Part shown: positions 17,943-27,980 of the stretch, piece by piece | How the letters are laid out: each line of letters opens with the position of its first letter | How positions within the stretch are numbered: position 1 is the first letter of the stretch | DNA from: a virus | IMG/VR virus record: IMGVR_UViG_3300023313_000004 | Location: 11,573 to 75,572 of that record | Strand: one strand, 5' to 3' | DNA: 64,000 bases | The notes under the pieces: model-generated | The model's input: only the letters and a program-made list of their open reading frames with translations | The model's database searches: none | Told to the model about the DNA's origin: nothing | Made by a program: the position numbers and the translations under genes

Positions 17943-18447
17943 TAGTAGTATCTCCCTGTAAGCTACCCAACACCCCTAGCCTTTCTTTACTAGAAGTGCC
18001 CCACAAGTAGTCCTCAGCAACCCCCAGTACCATCTCTTTGAGTTCCTCTGTCTTCCTCTTCACCTCTTGCAGCCCAAGGATTGAGTCTAGTTCAAATAAT
18101 AGTTGGTCTACAATACTGGAGGCACTCTTTATAGCACTTCCAAACTCTACTCTCTCTGATAATAGTATTGCGGACACCTCCATACTTAAATAACCTACCC
18201 CCATGTAGTCATAAAGGATTGGTAATGTTTTTCTCGCGTAGTCCTTATCTACTTCCCCTCCTACTCCTGCTACAGTAAGAACAAAAACTATACGCAATAA
18301 CTTACTGTCCTTAGGGTATGCAGATACTCTTGCTGATACCTGCATCTTACTATCAACATACACCAATACTTCCTCTGCCGTCTTGCTCATACTTAACTCT
18401 CCCTTTGTTCCCATACACCCCTTTAAACTGCCCGTTACTTCATACAT
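17935..18447 (-). CDS. Hypothetical protein (start may be 18390)
   Basis: ORF in the operon. Confidence 0.55.
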   Translation of the reverse strand: MYEVTGSLKGCMGTKGELSMSKTAEEVLVYVDSKMQVSARVSAYPKDSKLLRIVFVLTVAGVGGEVDKDYARKTLPILYDYMGVGYLSMEVSAILLSERVEFGSAIKSASSIVDQLLFELDSILGLQEVKRKTEELKEMVLGVAEDYLWGTSSKERLGVLGSLQGDTTNG

Positions 18448-18462
18448 ACGAATACCCCTCTC

Positions 18463-18552
18463 TCATAGCATCCAATCTAGGGCATAAATATATAACCCTA
18501 AGGCTAGGTATCCTGCCGCTGCGTTGCGTATGTTGTACCAATGTAGTTCCAT
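18463..18552 (-). CDS. 29-aa hydrophobic peptide
   Basis: MELHWYNIRNAAAGYLALGLYIYALDWML; AGGAG RBS; first ORF after a promoter. Confidence 0.45.
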   Translation of the reverse strand: MELHWYNIRNAAAGYLALGLYIYALDWML

Positions 18553-18585
18553 ATATCTCTCCTATCTATTTATGCACTTAAGGGC

Positions 18586-18614
18586 ACAGTACCCTCTTTT
18601 CTTTCACTTGTCAA
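18586..18614 (-). promoter_or_regulatory. Sigma70-type promoter
   Basis: TTGACA-17 nt-TACTGT. Confidence 0.6.
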
Positions 18615-19758
18615 CTAGCAACTCTCTTTTTACACAGACCAAACAATGCTGCACTACTTCTGCAGGGGTGTACCACCCTTTGTGTTCTTCTGGGGGGAAT
18701 ATAGGGGCAACAGGCGTGTCTAAGCACAAGGAGGTGATGTACTCCTCCGCAAAGAGTATAGCCTCTGCACGGGGCATCCCTGCAAAGGTGATAATCGTGT
18801 CTACTCGTCCTGCCCTGTATAGCTCTAGGGGCAAGGCCTTTACGTCATTAGTTGTCATAATCGTCAGGACTCTAGTGGTGTGTTCTTGTAGCCACCATAG
18901 GATATGGGATAGGAGTCTATATTGAACCCCATCATCGTCCTTGTTATTAAATATCTTTTCTACTTCGTCAATGAGCATTATGCAGGGAGCTTCGTTATCT
19001 ACTTGGTTAAGTGCTTTTGTTAAGTTACCCTCACTCTCCCCTACATATTTGCCCATAAGACCCCCTATATCCAATCTGTATAGGGGTATATTTAGCTCGT
19101 TCGCTAAGTGCTTAGCACCTAGAGTTTTACCTGTCCCTGCATCCCCACCAAATAAAAGTCCTCTAGGGGTAAGGGCGGCATGGGGGCTATCTAAAAAGAA
19201 AGGTGCTTCTTCCATAACCCATTTCTGTACAGTCACCTGAGGCGCATAGAAGGGGGTGGTAGTATCTACTTGGGTAAGTCCTCTTGTAGTTGGGGTATAG
19301 AGCCTTCTAGTCTTAGCCACCCCTGTAGCAGTAAGGCTACCATCCCTAGACATAGTAAGCCTAGCCACTTCCCCCACATCCTTTAAAGTTAATCCACCCA
19401 TAAAAGGAAGGATACCATTGACGGAGGAGTCGTCTGGCAATACTGAGCGCAGGAGCTGACCTACCATAGTCTTGGGGGTAGGGATAACCCCTGCATCATA
19501 GGCAGAGATATTATGCCCCTCTGGGTTTATAATTATTAGAACACACTCTTTTTCTACCAGCAAACTATACAGTCTTTCTGGTGAGGGTTTACTCATATAC
19601 CCAATGCAGTACGTAAACTCATGGGCTGTGGGGCTGGAGGGGGTGAACGGAACAAAATCTTTTCCTGTTACATGAGATAACACCTCAACCACATTAACTA
19701 GGTCTGTGGTGCTAACTTCTATAAGAGGGATACCTGATTCTACAACTAACTTAAGCAT
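18604..19758 (-). CDS. AAA+ ATPase (Ycf46/SpoVK-like)
   Basis: GDAGTGKT, MGKYVGESE, LIDEVEK, TTN, RAGRVD. ATG at 19758 has an AGGAG RBS. Confidence 0.88.
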   Translation of the reverse strand: MLKLVVESGIPLIEVSTTDLVNVVEVLSHVTGKDFVPFTPSSPTAHEFTYCIGYMSKPSPERLYSLLVEKECVLIIINPEGHNISAYDAGVIPTPKTMVGQLLRSVLPDDSSVNGILPFMGGLTLKDVGEVARLTMSRDGSLTATGVAKTRRLYTPTTRGLTQVDTTTPFYAPQVTVQKWVMEEAPFFLDSPHAALTPRGLLFGGDAGTGKTLGAKHLANELNIPLYRLDIGGLMGKYVGESEGNLTKALNQVDNEAPCIMLIDEVEKIFNNKDDDGVQYRLLSHILWWLQEHTTRVLTIMTTNDVKALPLELYRAGRVDTIITFAGMPRAEAILFAEEYITSLCLDTPVAPIFPPEEHKGWYTPAEVVQHCLVCVKRELLVDK

Positions 19759-19789
19759 ATACTGACTCCTTGTATTGACACTGGGAATC

Positions 19790-19818
19790 AGTCTACACCT
19801 CTTTATTTCATTTGTCAA
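19790..19818 (-). promoter_or_regulatory. Sigma70-type promoter
   Basis: TTGACA-17 nt-TAGACT. Confidence 0.7.
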
Positions 19819-19826
19819 CGGAGGGG

Positions 19827-20267
19827 CTACTTTATAAGTAGGAGTATCCCTAGTAGCACCTCTAAGGCTGTATGCTTAATGTCATTTATCTCTGCCCATT
19901 TACGCTCCTCTGCTAGGGCATCTCGCAGCCTCTCCGCAGCTCTCAAAGTAGCTCTATCCGCCACTTCTATATTTTTCATCGCGTCCCTTAACAGGCGTAG
20001 CTGTCTAGCCTTATCGGATAATGCCTTATCTAGGGCAGTAACGGTAAGCCTATCTAACTTGTGCTGCTCGTGCCGTAGGGACACGGATGAAGGGGTTAGG
20101 TCAGGCATACTAACTAGGGGGGCTAACCTAGTTTCAGTGTATGGGGCTATAGCAATAGCATCTGCCAGATAGGGTTGTGCATCTATAGCCTCTAACCTAT
20201 CTATCAAAGTATTGTTAGCACAGCCGCCCAATAAGAGCAGCACCACGACCAACCACCTATTATTCAT
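19827..20267 (-). CDS. Lipoprotein, probable o-spanin
   Basis: Signal peptide with lipobox LLGGC; last gene of the lysis cassette. Confidence 0.6.
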   Translation of the reverse strand: MNNRWLVVVLLLLGGCANNTLIDRLEAIDAQPYLADAIAIAPYTETRLAPLVSMPDLTPSSVSLRHEQHKLDRLTVTALDKALSDKARQLRLLRDAMKNIEVADRATLRAAERLRDALAEERKWAEINDIKHTALEVLLGILLLIK

Positions 20268-20619
20268 TATTTAAGTACGCCAGTAGTTCTTTGGTGGTTC
20301 TCTTAGGGTACTTTCGTAAATGTACTCGTGCTGCCCTTTGTTGTAGGGCCACCGCCTCTTTTTTATGTTCTTCTGATAACGTACCTGCAGTTACGGATTC
20401 CCGTACACTGGTCTGTGCCGCAGCCATCGCTGTAGCTCGTAGTATATCTTCTTCCATATCTATCGCAGCAGCCCTAGAGGCAAAGCTTTCTTTAGCCGCA
20501 GAGAACTTAGCCCTACCTAGGAGTGCAAAAAGCAATACTACTACTGCTCCTGCCAGTAACCCTGTGTGCGCTTTAATAAAGGCCCACCCTTCTAATAACA
20601 TATAATTGACTTTATTCAT
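20260..20619 (-). CDS. Probable i-spanin
   Basis: One N-terminal TM helix plus Ala-rich coiled coil; precedes the lipoprotein. Confidence 0.55.
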   Translation of the reverse strand: MNKVNYMLLEGWAFIKAHTGLLAGAVVVLLFALLGRAKFSAAKESFASRAAAIDMEEDILRATAMAAAQTSVRESVTAGTLSEEHKKEAVALQQRAARVHLRKYPKRTTKELLAYLNNE

Positions 20620-20926
20620 TTAGTATCTCCTCCTTCCTTTTCTCATGTATTACTATTTCATCAGTAATATCATCTAAATCATCTCGGAGGGAGTTTTGCT
20701 CCTCCCTATCCTCGGCTCTACGCAAGGCTCTTTTAATTTCTCGTTTTTCTTTATTATAGGAGTTTATCTCCATCTGGATTATGGAGGCTTTTACTTGCCT
20801 CATATCCGCAGCCTCTGCAAAAGTTGCTTGCATCCAGAAAACAGAACCTACTAACGCACTAGCCACCCCTACTACACCCATAATAACCCCCATGTACACT
20901 CTTAGTTTCTCCGCGAAAGAAGGCAC
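20612..20926 (-). CDS. Membrane protein (TM + coiled coil) in lysis cassette
   Basis: N-terminal hydrophobic helix followed by a charged coiled coil. Confidence 0.5.
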   Translation of the reverse strand: MPSFAEKLRVYMGVIMGVVGVASALVGSVFWMQATFAEAADMRQVKASIIQMEINSYNKEKREIKRALRRAEDREEQNSLRDDLDDITDEIVIHEKRKEEILNE

Positions 20927-21177
20927 TATTTACTCGTCTTAGCAGACATTTTTGATTCAATAACATTAAAACCAAAGTAGGCTACTACTATCCCAGAGAA
21001 GGATATATACATCCAATCAATGATACCCTCCGCAGCCGTAACCCTACTTACAGGGACGATAGAGGTGTCTACCAATACCATGATGGATATTATCACCTGC
21101 ATAACTAAGGCAGTGTAGGACATTCTCCGTCTATGTTTCCACCTTTTACTCTCTAACTCTAACTCATCGGTACTCAT
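20926..21177 (-). CDS. Probable holin
   Basis: 83 aa, two TM helices, basic ends; follows the endolysin. Confidence 0.6.
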   Translation of the reverse strand: MSTDELELESKRWKHRRRMSYTALVMQVIISIMVLVDTSIVPVSRVTAAEGIIDWMYISFSGIVVAYFGFNVIESKMSAKTSK

Positions 21178-21205
21178 AGTTACTCTCCTATAGGGGGTTA
21201 TTTAT

Positions 21206-21811
21206 TTACGCTAAGCTAGCAAGTATGCCTGCAGCCATGGCCTCTGCCAAATAAGAGTGCTTATTGGATAATAGCCACTCCTCACAAAAACCATTATTAT
21301 CTATATACCCTATTTCTGGGATAAAGGCAGGGCAGTTAGTCTTCCTTAAGAAATAATCCGCTTGTTCTGGAGGGTTATTACCCCAGTACCACCCCTGCCT
21401 AGCACCTAAGTCCTCTAGCCCTATGTACTCGGACATGCGATAAGACATCTCAGCAGCCTCTCCCCGCCTAATGTAAGCTAGGCTATCCTGCTGACCATAA
21501 GAACCATGAGGGCAGTACATAACCATACAGCCATGACCCCTTGTGTCATCCCTATCCTCAGGGTCTAACCTATCGAAGTCAGCATTAAAGTGTACGTCCA
21601 CAGCCATATCAAAAGAGCCAGCATTTATAGTATTAACCTTTCTCCTCAGACCCCCACCAACCACTACGGGGGTATGCCCAAGTGCCTTTAGCAGGTCGAA
21701 CAACACCCCTACTACTACACTAGCCTCATCAAACTCATTTAAGGAGTACTTCTTATTAACTGCACCTTTTGCAGATTGCTTATGCCCAGCGCACAACGCT
21801 ATTTTAGCCAT
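21206..21811 (-). CDS. Endolysin, N-acetylmuramoyl-L-alanine amidase (Amidase_3)
   Basis: IALCAGH, NEFD, VDVHFNA, FLRKTNCPAFIPEIGYIDN. Confidence 0.9.
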   Translation of the reverse strand: MAKIALCAGHKQSAKGAVNKKYSLNEFDEASVVVGVLFDLLKALGHTPVVVGGGLRRKVNTINAGSFDMAVDVHFNADFDRLDPEDRDDTRGHGCMVMYCPHGSYGQQDSLAYIRRGEAAEMSYRMSEYIGLEDLGARQGWYWGNNPPEQADYFLRKTNCPAFIPEIGYIDNNGFCEEWLLSNKHSYLAEAMAAGILASLA

Positions 21812-22280
21812 GATTATAACCCTTAGCCTCACCTACATATATCGGTTGGGGGTTTCCCATAACCGAAAGTATTGCCTTTGCCTTCAGCCTTTTAATCGGC
21901 GCGTAGGGGATATTAAGTTTTTTGGATAGCACTTCTAGTACCCACTCATGGCAGTACACTTTACTACTATCCTCTACCCCTGCTAGCCACCCAAAGACAC
22001 CTAACCAATCATACTTCCTACCCATTTGGGCATTTACCCACCGCAGTACCTCTTCTTGGGTAGCAGCGGTATCAGGAGCACCCACATCATAAATGGCTAC
22101 CTGCCTAGAGCCATAATCTGATAATCTCTTGCCAAACCACACATACCCTCGTACCTCAGAGGCATCATATATCTGACCACCCACTACTACTGCAGAGTGG
22201 GAGTAAGGACTCCTAGTTATAATAGATATAAATATGGAGGCTAAGCTTGTGTAATCCGTGTTAAAAAATACTACTTTCAT
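21804..22280 (-). CDS. Permuted papain-like amidase (YaeF/YiiX, NlpC/P60)
   Basis: TRSPYSHSAV, GRKYDW, YCHEWV. Confidence 0.8.
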   Translation of the reverse strand: MKVVFFNTDYTSLASIFISIITRSPYSHSAVVVGGQIYDASEVRGYVWFGKRLSDYGSRQVAIYDVGAPDTAATQEEVLRWVNAQMGRKYDWLGVFGWLAGVEDSSKVYCHEWVLEVLSKKLNIPYAPIKRLKAKAILSVMGNPQPIYVGEAKGYNHG

Positions 22281-22282
22281 AA

Positions 22283-22567
22283 TTACCTCCACGCCGCATA
22301 AACTTTGAGAGTAGTTACATCCCCCATACCTGTCCACCCCGGCAGGGTTAAGTGCGCCTGTAGCTTATACTTTCCTGCTAGAGGTATATCAGCACTGCTA
22401 GTAATATGCTCAATAGTATTTTTATCTGCACCCACAACAGCAGGCCAAGAGGAGATTACCCCTAGTGGGTTCTTCACCTGTATAGTTATGGCGGATGCAA
22501 GGCTCATATCTGCACCCATATTCAATATTACTCTTGTGCCATCGTCCCCTGCATATATTTTAGCCAT
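22283..22567 (-). CDS. BppU-like Ig-fold virion protein
   Basis: KIYAGDDGT..P.G..W..AGKYKLQA pattern. Confidence 0.55.
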   Translation of the reverse strand: MAKIYAGDDGTRVILNMGADMSLASAITIQVKNPLGVISSWPAVVGADKNTIEHITSSADIPLAGKYKLQAHLTLPGWTGMGDVTTLKVYAAWR

Positions 22568-25500
22568 TACTTACCCCGTCTATTATCGCCGTATTGAGTG
22601 CTATTTCAGTAGTTACATCAGTAGTTAATGCCACACTTAAGGTAATGAAGGTATCAGCCCTAAATATTTCTTTTACTGTTACCCCTACGGTGGCAGAGGC
22701 TAGCCCTACATCACCTGATTGGGCTAAGATTATATGGTTGCCCTTAATGGTACCTACTAGGACACCTATATCCCCTTCTTGTTGTACTACCATATGGGAT
22801 AGTATTCCAGAATGGGTCAAGGAGCTTAGGGCAGAGACCCCTTCTTCATAAGAACTAATGGCACCCTTGCCCTCTATGGTAGAGTCCCATAAGGTATAGT
22901 CCCCTTCTGGAATCCCTACCCCTCCGCCCTCTATAATCGCTGTGACTCCCTCAGAGGTTACATCGCCATGCTGTATAGAGGATAATACCCCCATTAGGGT
23001 ACTTGACCCTACAATTAAGGTCGTATCCCCCTCTAGTAAACCAGTTATAGCACCTTTGGTACTACTGACGGATAGGACGGAGGAGTTATTCCCTTCTTGG
23101 GTCAACCCAGAGTACAACCCTACCAATGGGATAGGGGTTATAAGGCTTGTAATCGCAGTATTATTCCCCTGAGAAGATTGAACAGTTGCTGCAAGAGGGG
23201 ACAGTGCCCCTACTGTAGAGGTATTACCGTCCTGTACCACAACCCCATAGGATAGAAGAGGTGTAGCCGCTGACACTACTGACGTTACAGAGTCCACCCC
23301 ACTACTACTATAGGTATTTAGAACGGAAGTGGTGTACACCGTTCCAACATCCCCCCCTTGGGTAGTGTCCACCCCTAGGAATACCTGTGCAGTATTACTC
23401 GCAGTAAGAGGGGTGTCCCCTTCTTGCTGTATTACCACTCCTGCCTGTGCTAGGACGGTTAAACCCTCGGAGGATATATCTCCACCTTGGTAAACGCCTG
23501 ACAACGCATGTATCTGACCAGAAACCCCACTAGAGGAGGTATTATTACCCTGAGTACCTAGGGTAGTTGCTAAGAGGGCACTGTTACTATGTATAATAAC
23601 TGTATCAGACTCTTGACCCGACAGGGAAGTACCTGCGGGGGTGGTAGCACCTGTAATTATGGTCGTGTTGCCGTCCTGTAAAAGAGATATAACACTATTA
23701 GGGGTGGATTTAATAACCCCTGTATCACTCCCTTGTACACCCACGAATACTGATACTAAGCTAGTAGTACTAACACTAATAGTAGAGTTGCTACCCTGAG
23801 GGGAGACACTACCTGATTGTATTAGGGTGGTTAAACCCTCGGAAGCGGTGTCACCCCCCTGATTAGAAAGTATGCCTGCAGGGAGGGCAGAGGTTATACC
23901 TCCTATAGAACTATCACCCCCCTGAGGTAAGGATACCACAACAGCAATAGGGACTAGGGCACTAGAGCTAGAGCTATCGGATACTTGGGTACTACTACCC
24001 CCCGATTGGACTAAGGTGGTGACACCCTCGGAGGATATATCTGACCCCTGCAGGGAGGACACCCCAGAGTTATTGTCTAGGTACCCGTATATGGAGGCAC
24101 CATCCCCCTGCTGGGAGCTAAGGATAGAACCACTACTAGATGCTAGACCAGCATACCCACCGTAATCCCCCTGTTGGAGGAGCACACCTGTAAGGACAGG
24201 TACTACTTGTGCACTATAAATACTAGTATTACCACTTTGGGTATTTACTACATATATTGCCCCTGCCCCCCCTATAATAAAGGAAGGGCTAATATCATTA
24301 CCTGCAGTAGAGACCACACCCGATTGGGCAATAGTTGTAGCACCCTCTGTTGATGTATCCCCTACCTGTAAGGCTTGTATTTGTGCTTGGGTACTAGAGG
24401 AGGACTGACTTAGACCCCCATCCCCCTGCACATACACTAAGGAGTACACATTACCAGAGGTGGCTGCAGAAGAGGCAGTGCCGTCCCCCTCCTGTGAGTA
24501 ACTACCCTCAGCATTAGTGGTACCATCAAGAGTTGTTGCACCTACATCCCCTGCCTGCTCCGCCAGAGCTAAACCTTTAATGCTGGCTTTTGCAGCCTCA
24601 GATGAGATATTATCCTCTAAGAATACAAAGGAGGCGGATTCAAGGCTAGAGAAGGAGGCTATAAAAGTAGTGTCCCCGTCTTGGTACAAGGATATTTTAC
24701 TTTTAGGTGTTGCCTGTGCAGCCATACCAGAGGTGTGGGCATCCTGAGAGGATACTATCCCCCCAGTAGTGGCACCTATAGTTACCGTGGTTATGGAGGT
24801 GTTACTCGTCTGGGTAATAACCACCCCAGATTGGATGAGAGCATTAAGGTATTCTACGGCAATATCGCCTGCTTGCACTACAGTTACGGACGCAGTAAGG
24901 GCACCTGCTATACTGCCCATAACACCGAAATCTCCTTCTTGGGTAGATATACAATTAAGGGCAGAGACACTCGTTATCCCTGCGGAGAGGGTAACGTCTG
25001 AGGTCTGCAGAGATAAGACACTGCCTGTAGTTAGTGCCGACCCCACAAAGGTAATCCCTACCTGCCCCTCCTGAGGAGTAGTTATACCCCCCTGTAAGGT
25101 AGAGGTAGTTCCTTCTGTGGTAATATCCCCCCCTTGGGTGTTCACTACATGGGAGGTGATAGCCCCTGATTGCACCGCTATAAGAGAGGTATCCCCTTCT
25201 TGTGCACTTAAGGTCACAGAGTTGGAGGGGGTAGAGGAAGATGTAATAGAGAAATAACTCTCTTGGGTTGATACTATTACCCCAGAGACTGCACCTGAGG
25301 TAGCAGAGGTAACACTGACCCCATTATCTTGGGTAAGTACGACCCCTGCTTGAAGGGGAGCTAGAGCTACTTCAGTACCTACATCCCCTGCCTGTGCCGA
25401 GGCCATGTTCGCCGTTATAGCACCAGACGATATACTTATAGTGGTGCTATCCCCCCCTTGGGGAGTGGTACTTAACGCCACCAAAGTAATGGCAGCATAT

Positions 25501-25817
25501 CCTTGTAGGAAATCCCCTTCTTGTGGGGATATAATCACACAACTTGCTTCAGTTAGGGAGGTGGATAGAGCGGCATTAGACCCCTGATAAGACACGCTGC
25601 TGGCGGTGGCGGATACGCTTGCCTGAGCAACAGATATATCACCCCCCTGCGCCCCTGTAATAACGGCGAGCGCGAGGGCAGCTACTGTAACTAGACTACT
25701 ATTACCTTCCTGAGCTATATCAGAGACGGACTGAGGGTTTGTATTTCCTGCTACAGTAGTATCGTGTAGGAGTACGCCCCCAATTATAGTAGGGTCTCCT
25801 AAGTATATATTAGCCAT
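22560..25817 (-). CDS. Long Ser/Thr/Gly-rich repeat protein (about 21-22 aa QxG[DN] repeats), probable fibre scaffold
   Basis: Roughly 45 regularly spaced Q[EGA]G[DN] motifs over about 1000 aa (estimated by eye). Confidence 0.7.
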   Translation of the reverse strand: MANIYLGDPTIIGGVLLHDTTVAGNTNPQSVSDIAQEGNSSLVTVAALALAVITGAQGGDISVAQASVSATASSVSYQGSNAALSTSLTEASCVIISPQEGDFLQGYAAITLVALSTTPQGGDSTTISISSGAITANMASAQAGDVGTEVALAPLQAGVVLTQDNGVSVTSATSGAVSGVIVSTQESYFSITSSSTPSNSVTLSAQEGDTSLIAVQSGAITSHVVNTQGGDITTEGTTSTLQGGITTPQEGQVGITFVGSALTTGSVLSLQTSDVTLSAGITSVSALNCISTQEGDFGVMGSIAGALTASVTVVQAGDIAVEYLNALIQSGVVITQTSNTSITTVTIGATTGGIVSSQDAHTSGMAAQATPKSKISLYQDGDTTFIASFSSLESASFVFLEDNISSEAAKASIKGLALAEQAGDVGATTLDGTTNAEGSYSQEGDGTASSAATSGNVYSLVYVQGDGGLSQSSSSTQAQIQALQVGDTSTEGATTIAQSGVVSTAGNDISPSFIIGGAGAIYVVNTQSGNTSIYSAQVVPVLTGVLLQQGDYGGYAGLASSSGSILSSQQGDGASIYGYLDNNSGVSSLQGSDISSEGVTTLVQSGGSSTQVSDSSSSSALVPIAVVVSLPQGGDSSIGGITSALPAGILSNQGGDTASEGLTTLIQSGSVSPQGSNSTISVSTTSLVSVFVGVQGSDTGVIKSTPNSVISLLQDGNTTIITGATTPAGTSLSGQESDTVIIHSNSALLATTLGTQGNNTSSSGVSGQIHALSGVYQGGDISSEGLTVLAQAGVVIQQEGDTPLTASNTAQVFLGVDTTQGGDVGTVYTTSVLNTYSSSGVDSVTSVVSAATPLLSYGVVVQDGNTSTVGALSPLAATVQSSQGNNTAITSLITPIPLVGLYSGLTQEGNNSSVLSVSSTKGAITGLLEGDTTLIVGSSTLMGVLSSIQHGDVTSEGVTAIIEGGGVGIPEGDYTLWDSTIEGKGAISSYEEGVSALSSLTHSGILSHMVVQQEGDIGVLVGTIKGNHIILAQSGDVGLASATVGVTVKEIFRADTFITLSVALTTDVTTEIALNTAIIDGVSNG

Positions 25818-26274
25818 TGCCGTTTCCAGTTACTTGGGGATTTAGAGGTATAGATACCGCTGTCTCAAAGCCTACAGTAGTACCTTGGTCGGGTATCATC
25901 ATAACCATAGGTAGGTGGTCATCAGGGAGTGCTAGTTTAGAGAAGGCTACCCAACCAGTATCTGCGGTTGTCTGGGTAGGGTGCCCTGTAGGATGAAAGG
26001 AGGTGTATATACCTAGAGGGTAGTCCGTATCTAAGACCCCCGTAATGCTATTGATAATAAATACCCTGATTCCATTTGCCGCCAAAGAGGCATCTGCATT
26101 GAATACTGTTGCAGTGTAATACCTAATAACAGGCTGTATGACCACCCCAGAAGAAGAGCCTGTAAACGAGCCCAAACTCCCCTGTGCAGTAGCCTGCAAC
26201 CCTCCCGGTATAGTTTGGTTAGCTGCAGCCCAGTTCCCCGCAGTCGATACGTTCCTAGCATACCAAGTAGCCAT
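25810..26274 (-). CDS. Hypothetical virion protein
   Basis: Coupled ORF in the fibre module; beta-rich composition. Confidence 0.55.
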   Translation of the reverse strand: MATWYARNVSTAGNWAAANQTIPGGLQATAQGSLGSFTGSSSGVVIQPVIRYYTATVFNADASLAANGIRVFIINSITGVLDTDYPLGIYTSFHPTGHPTQTTADTGWVAFSKLALPDDHLPMVMMIPDQGTTVGFETAVSIPLNPQVTGNGNG

Positions 26275-27617
26275 TAGTCATACGCCTTATCAGCGGTTAT
26301 TGTCCATACAATAGTACCGTCTGTTACTAAATCACCCACTGCTAGTCCAGTCCATACAGGAGGGGTAAGCCCTGAGACCCCTGCTGTAGTACACACCGCA
26401 TGTTGCCCTGCTGAGGTAGGAGCAACTAAAGTGGCAGGTATGCCCACGGCTGCTACTACACCTGTCATACTAGCTGACCAAAAACCTAGCTGGTATCCTT
26501 TTACGGCGTTGGTGCATATAGTTTCAACGGTACGCATTGTCCACACGACTGCACCATCAGTAACAGTACTCCCCTCTACTAAGTTTAAGGTACCCCATAA
26601 AGGCTCAGACGCGCCTGTTGCACCCCCCGTTGTACATAAAGCAACTAATTTAGCATACTCCGCTGGGTTAATTTGAGCACCCACACCATATACTGCTGCT
26701 TGCCATAAGTTGCCACTGGCTGGGTCGGGCACAACATAAAAATACTCTGCTACATCACCAAAGGCTCTCGTGAATACCACCTCCCCAACACCAGTTGCTG
26801 GAGGCGCAATATTGGGGTCTGCAGAACCAATACCTGCAACGCCAAAGCCTATTAGCCCCACATTACCCGTATGCGCCATAGTCAAAGCATCGTACTCGTA
26901 AACCTTTGTTCCTATAGGTAGGGGCACCCCTTTGGAGTCGTGAAAACGCTCCCTGTTTTCTACGAGAGCCCCTGTAACGGCGGGGGTCTCAGTAGTTATT
27001 AGTATGTATGCTGCCAGTAACCCACCTGCCGCCCAGCCTGTTGTAAACTTAATACCAGAGGATGTGCCGCCATTCCCTACAGCCCTCATTACTAGGTGCC
27101 CACCTACGGGGACGGTCACTGTTTTTGCCGCAGTACCCGTAGTAGCAAAAACACCTGTAGGGTTCACCCAAGAACTAGCAGACCCAACATATGTACCTAA
27201 GGGCACAGATGCCACGCGAGTAGACGCAGTACCTGCACCATTAACTGAGTACGCATCCACAAAGTACTTATGAGAGGCTGAGCGTTTTAGGCTACCCCTA
27301 AATTTATCTACCCTTACTTTAGTGGCTTTCGTATAGGCAGCCCCTAAACAAAAAGAGCCAACGGAGTAGTATGTTGCAGCCCCTGTAGATATACCAGACA
27401 TTAACTGAGTTGTAGAGGCTACAGTCATACCCCCTGCAGCACTGGGAGGGGCAGTAAGCGCAGTGTTTTGTACAGGGGCAAGGATTAAGTGGTCTTTCCA
27501 TGCGGCGTTCTTTGTTACGGCCGTGTTGGCAGGCTTAGCAGCTGCAGCACCCGGAGTAACAAACCCCGGCATTAACGTGGTAGCCGCTGCACCAATAATA
27601 CCAAAATACTTAGACAT
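26274..27617 (-). CDS. Fibre/adhesin-like structural protein
   Basis: Two CTT.G..G...P.W...G..VTDG.VVWT repeats typical of phage fibre proteins. Confidence 0.6.
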   Translation of the reverse strand: MSKYFGIIGAAATTLMPGFVTPGAAAAKPANTAVTKNAAWKDHLILAPVQNTALTAPPSAAGGMTVASTTQLMSGISTGAATYYSVGSFCLGAAYTKATKVRVDKFRGSLKRSASHKYFVDAYSVNGAGTASTRVASVPLGTYVGSASSWVNPTGVFATTGTAAKTVTVPVGGHLVMRAVGNGGTSSGIKFTTGWAAGGLLAAYILITTETPAVTGALVENRERFHDSKGVPLPIGTKVYEYDALTMAHTGNVGLIGFGVAGIGSADPNIAPPATGVGEVVFTRAFGDVAEYFYVVPDPASGNLWQAAVYGVGAQINPAEYAKLVALCTTGGATGASEPLWGTLNLVEGSTVTDGAVVWTMRTVETICTNAVKGYQLGFWSASMTGVVAAVGIPATLVAPTSAGQHAVCTTAGVSGLTPPVWTGLAVGDLVTDGTIVWTITADKAYD

Positions 27618-27629
27618 AGTTATAACCCC

Positions 27630-27980
27630 TTACTTAAATGAGAATCTAGCATCAAACATAGTAACCACTTGTAGCTCATCCAGCTTCCAAGTGTGTAGGG
27701 CACTAGAAACGCCTGCAGTAGGCTTCCCATTAGTGCATTTATCTATCTCTTTGAACACTACAGAGAACACGTCATACCTGTCTAATTTACCATTAGGTGT
27801 GCCAAGAGCATAATGCTTCGCTGCAAAGACAAAAGCCTCTAGCTGCATCTTGGTTACAGTCCTTGACCTAGCATTTTCTAAGGTACTACCTTTAACGTAC
27901 ACAATAAGCTCATCGAACAATTCTTCTAAAGGGTAGGCACTACGAACCTCGCCCCTGCTTCTAAATCTAGTGATTGCCAT
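27630..27980 (-). CDS. Hypothetical protein
   Basis: Overlaps the sulfotransferase stop. Confidence 0.55.
   Translation of the reverse strand: MAITRFRSRGEVRSAYPLEELFDELIVYVKGSTLENARSRTVTKMQLEAFVFAAKHYALGTPNGKLDRYDVFSVVFKEIDKCTNGKPTAGVSSALHTWKLDELQVVTMFDARFSFK

Noticed and set aside
19759-19818. TTG start for the AAA+ ATPase at 19818
   Set aside because: That TTG is the -35 box of a promoter; ATG at 19758 has a proper RBS.
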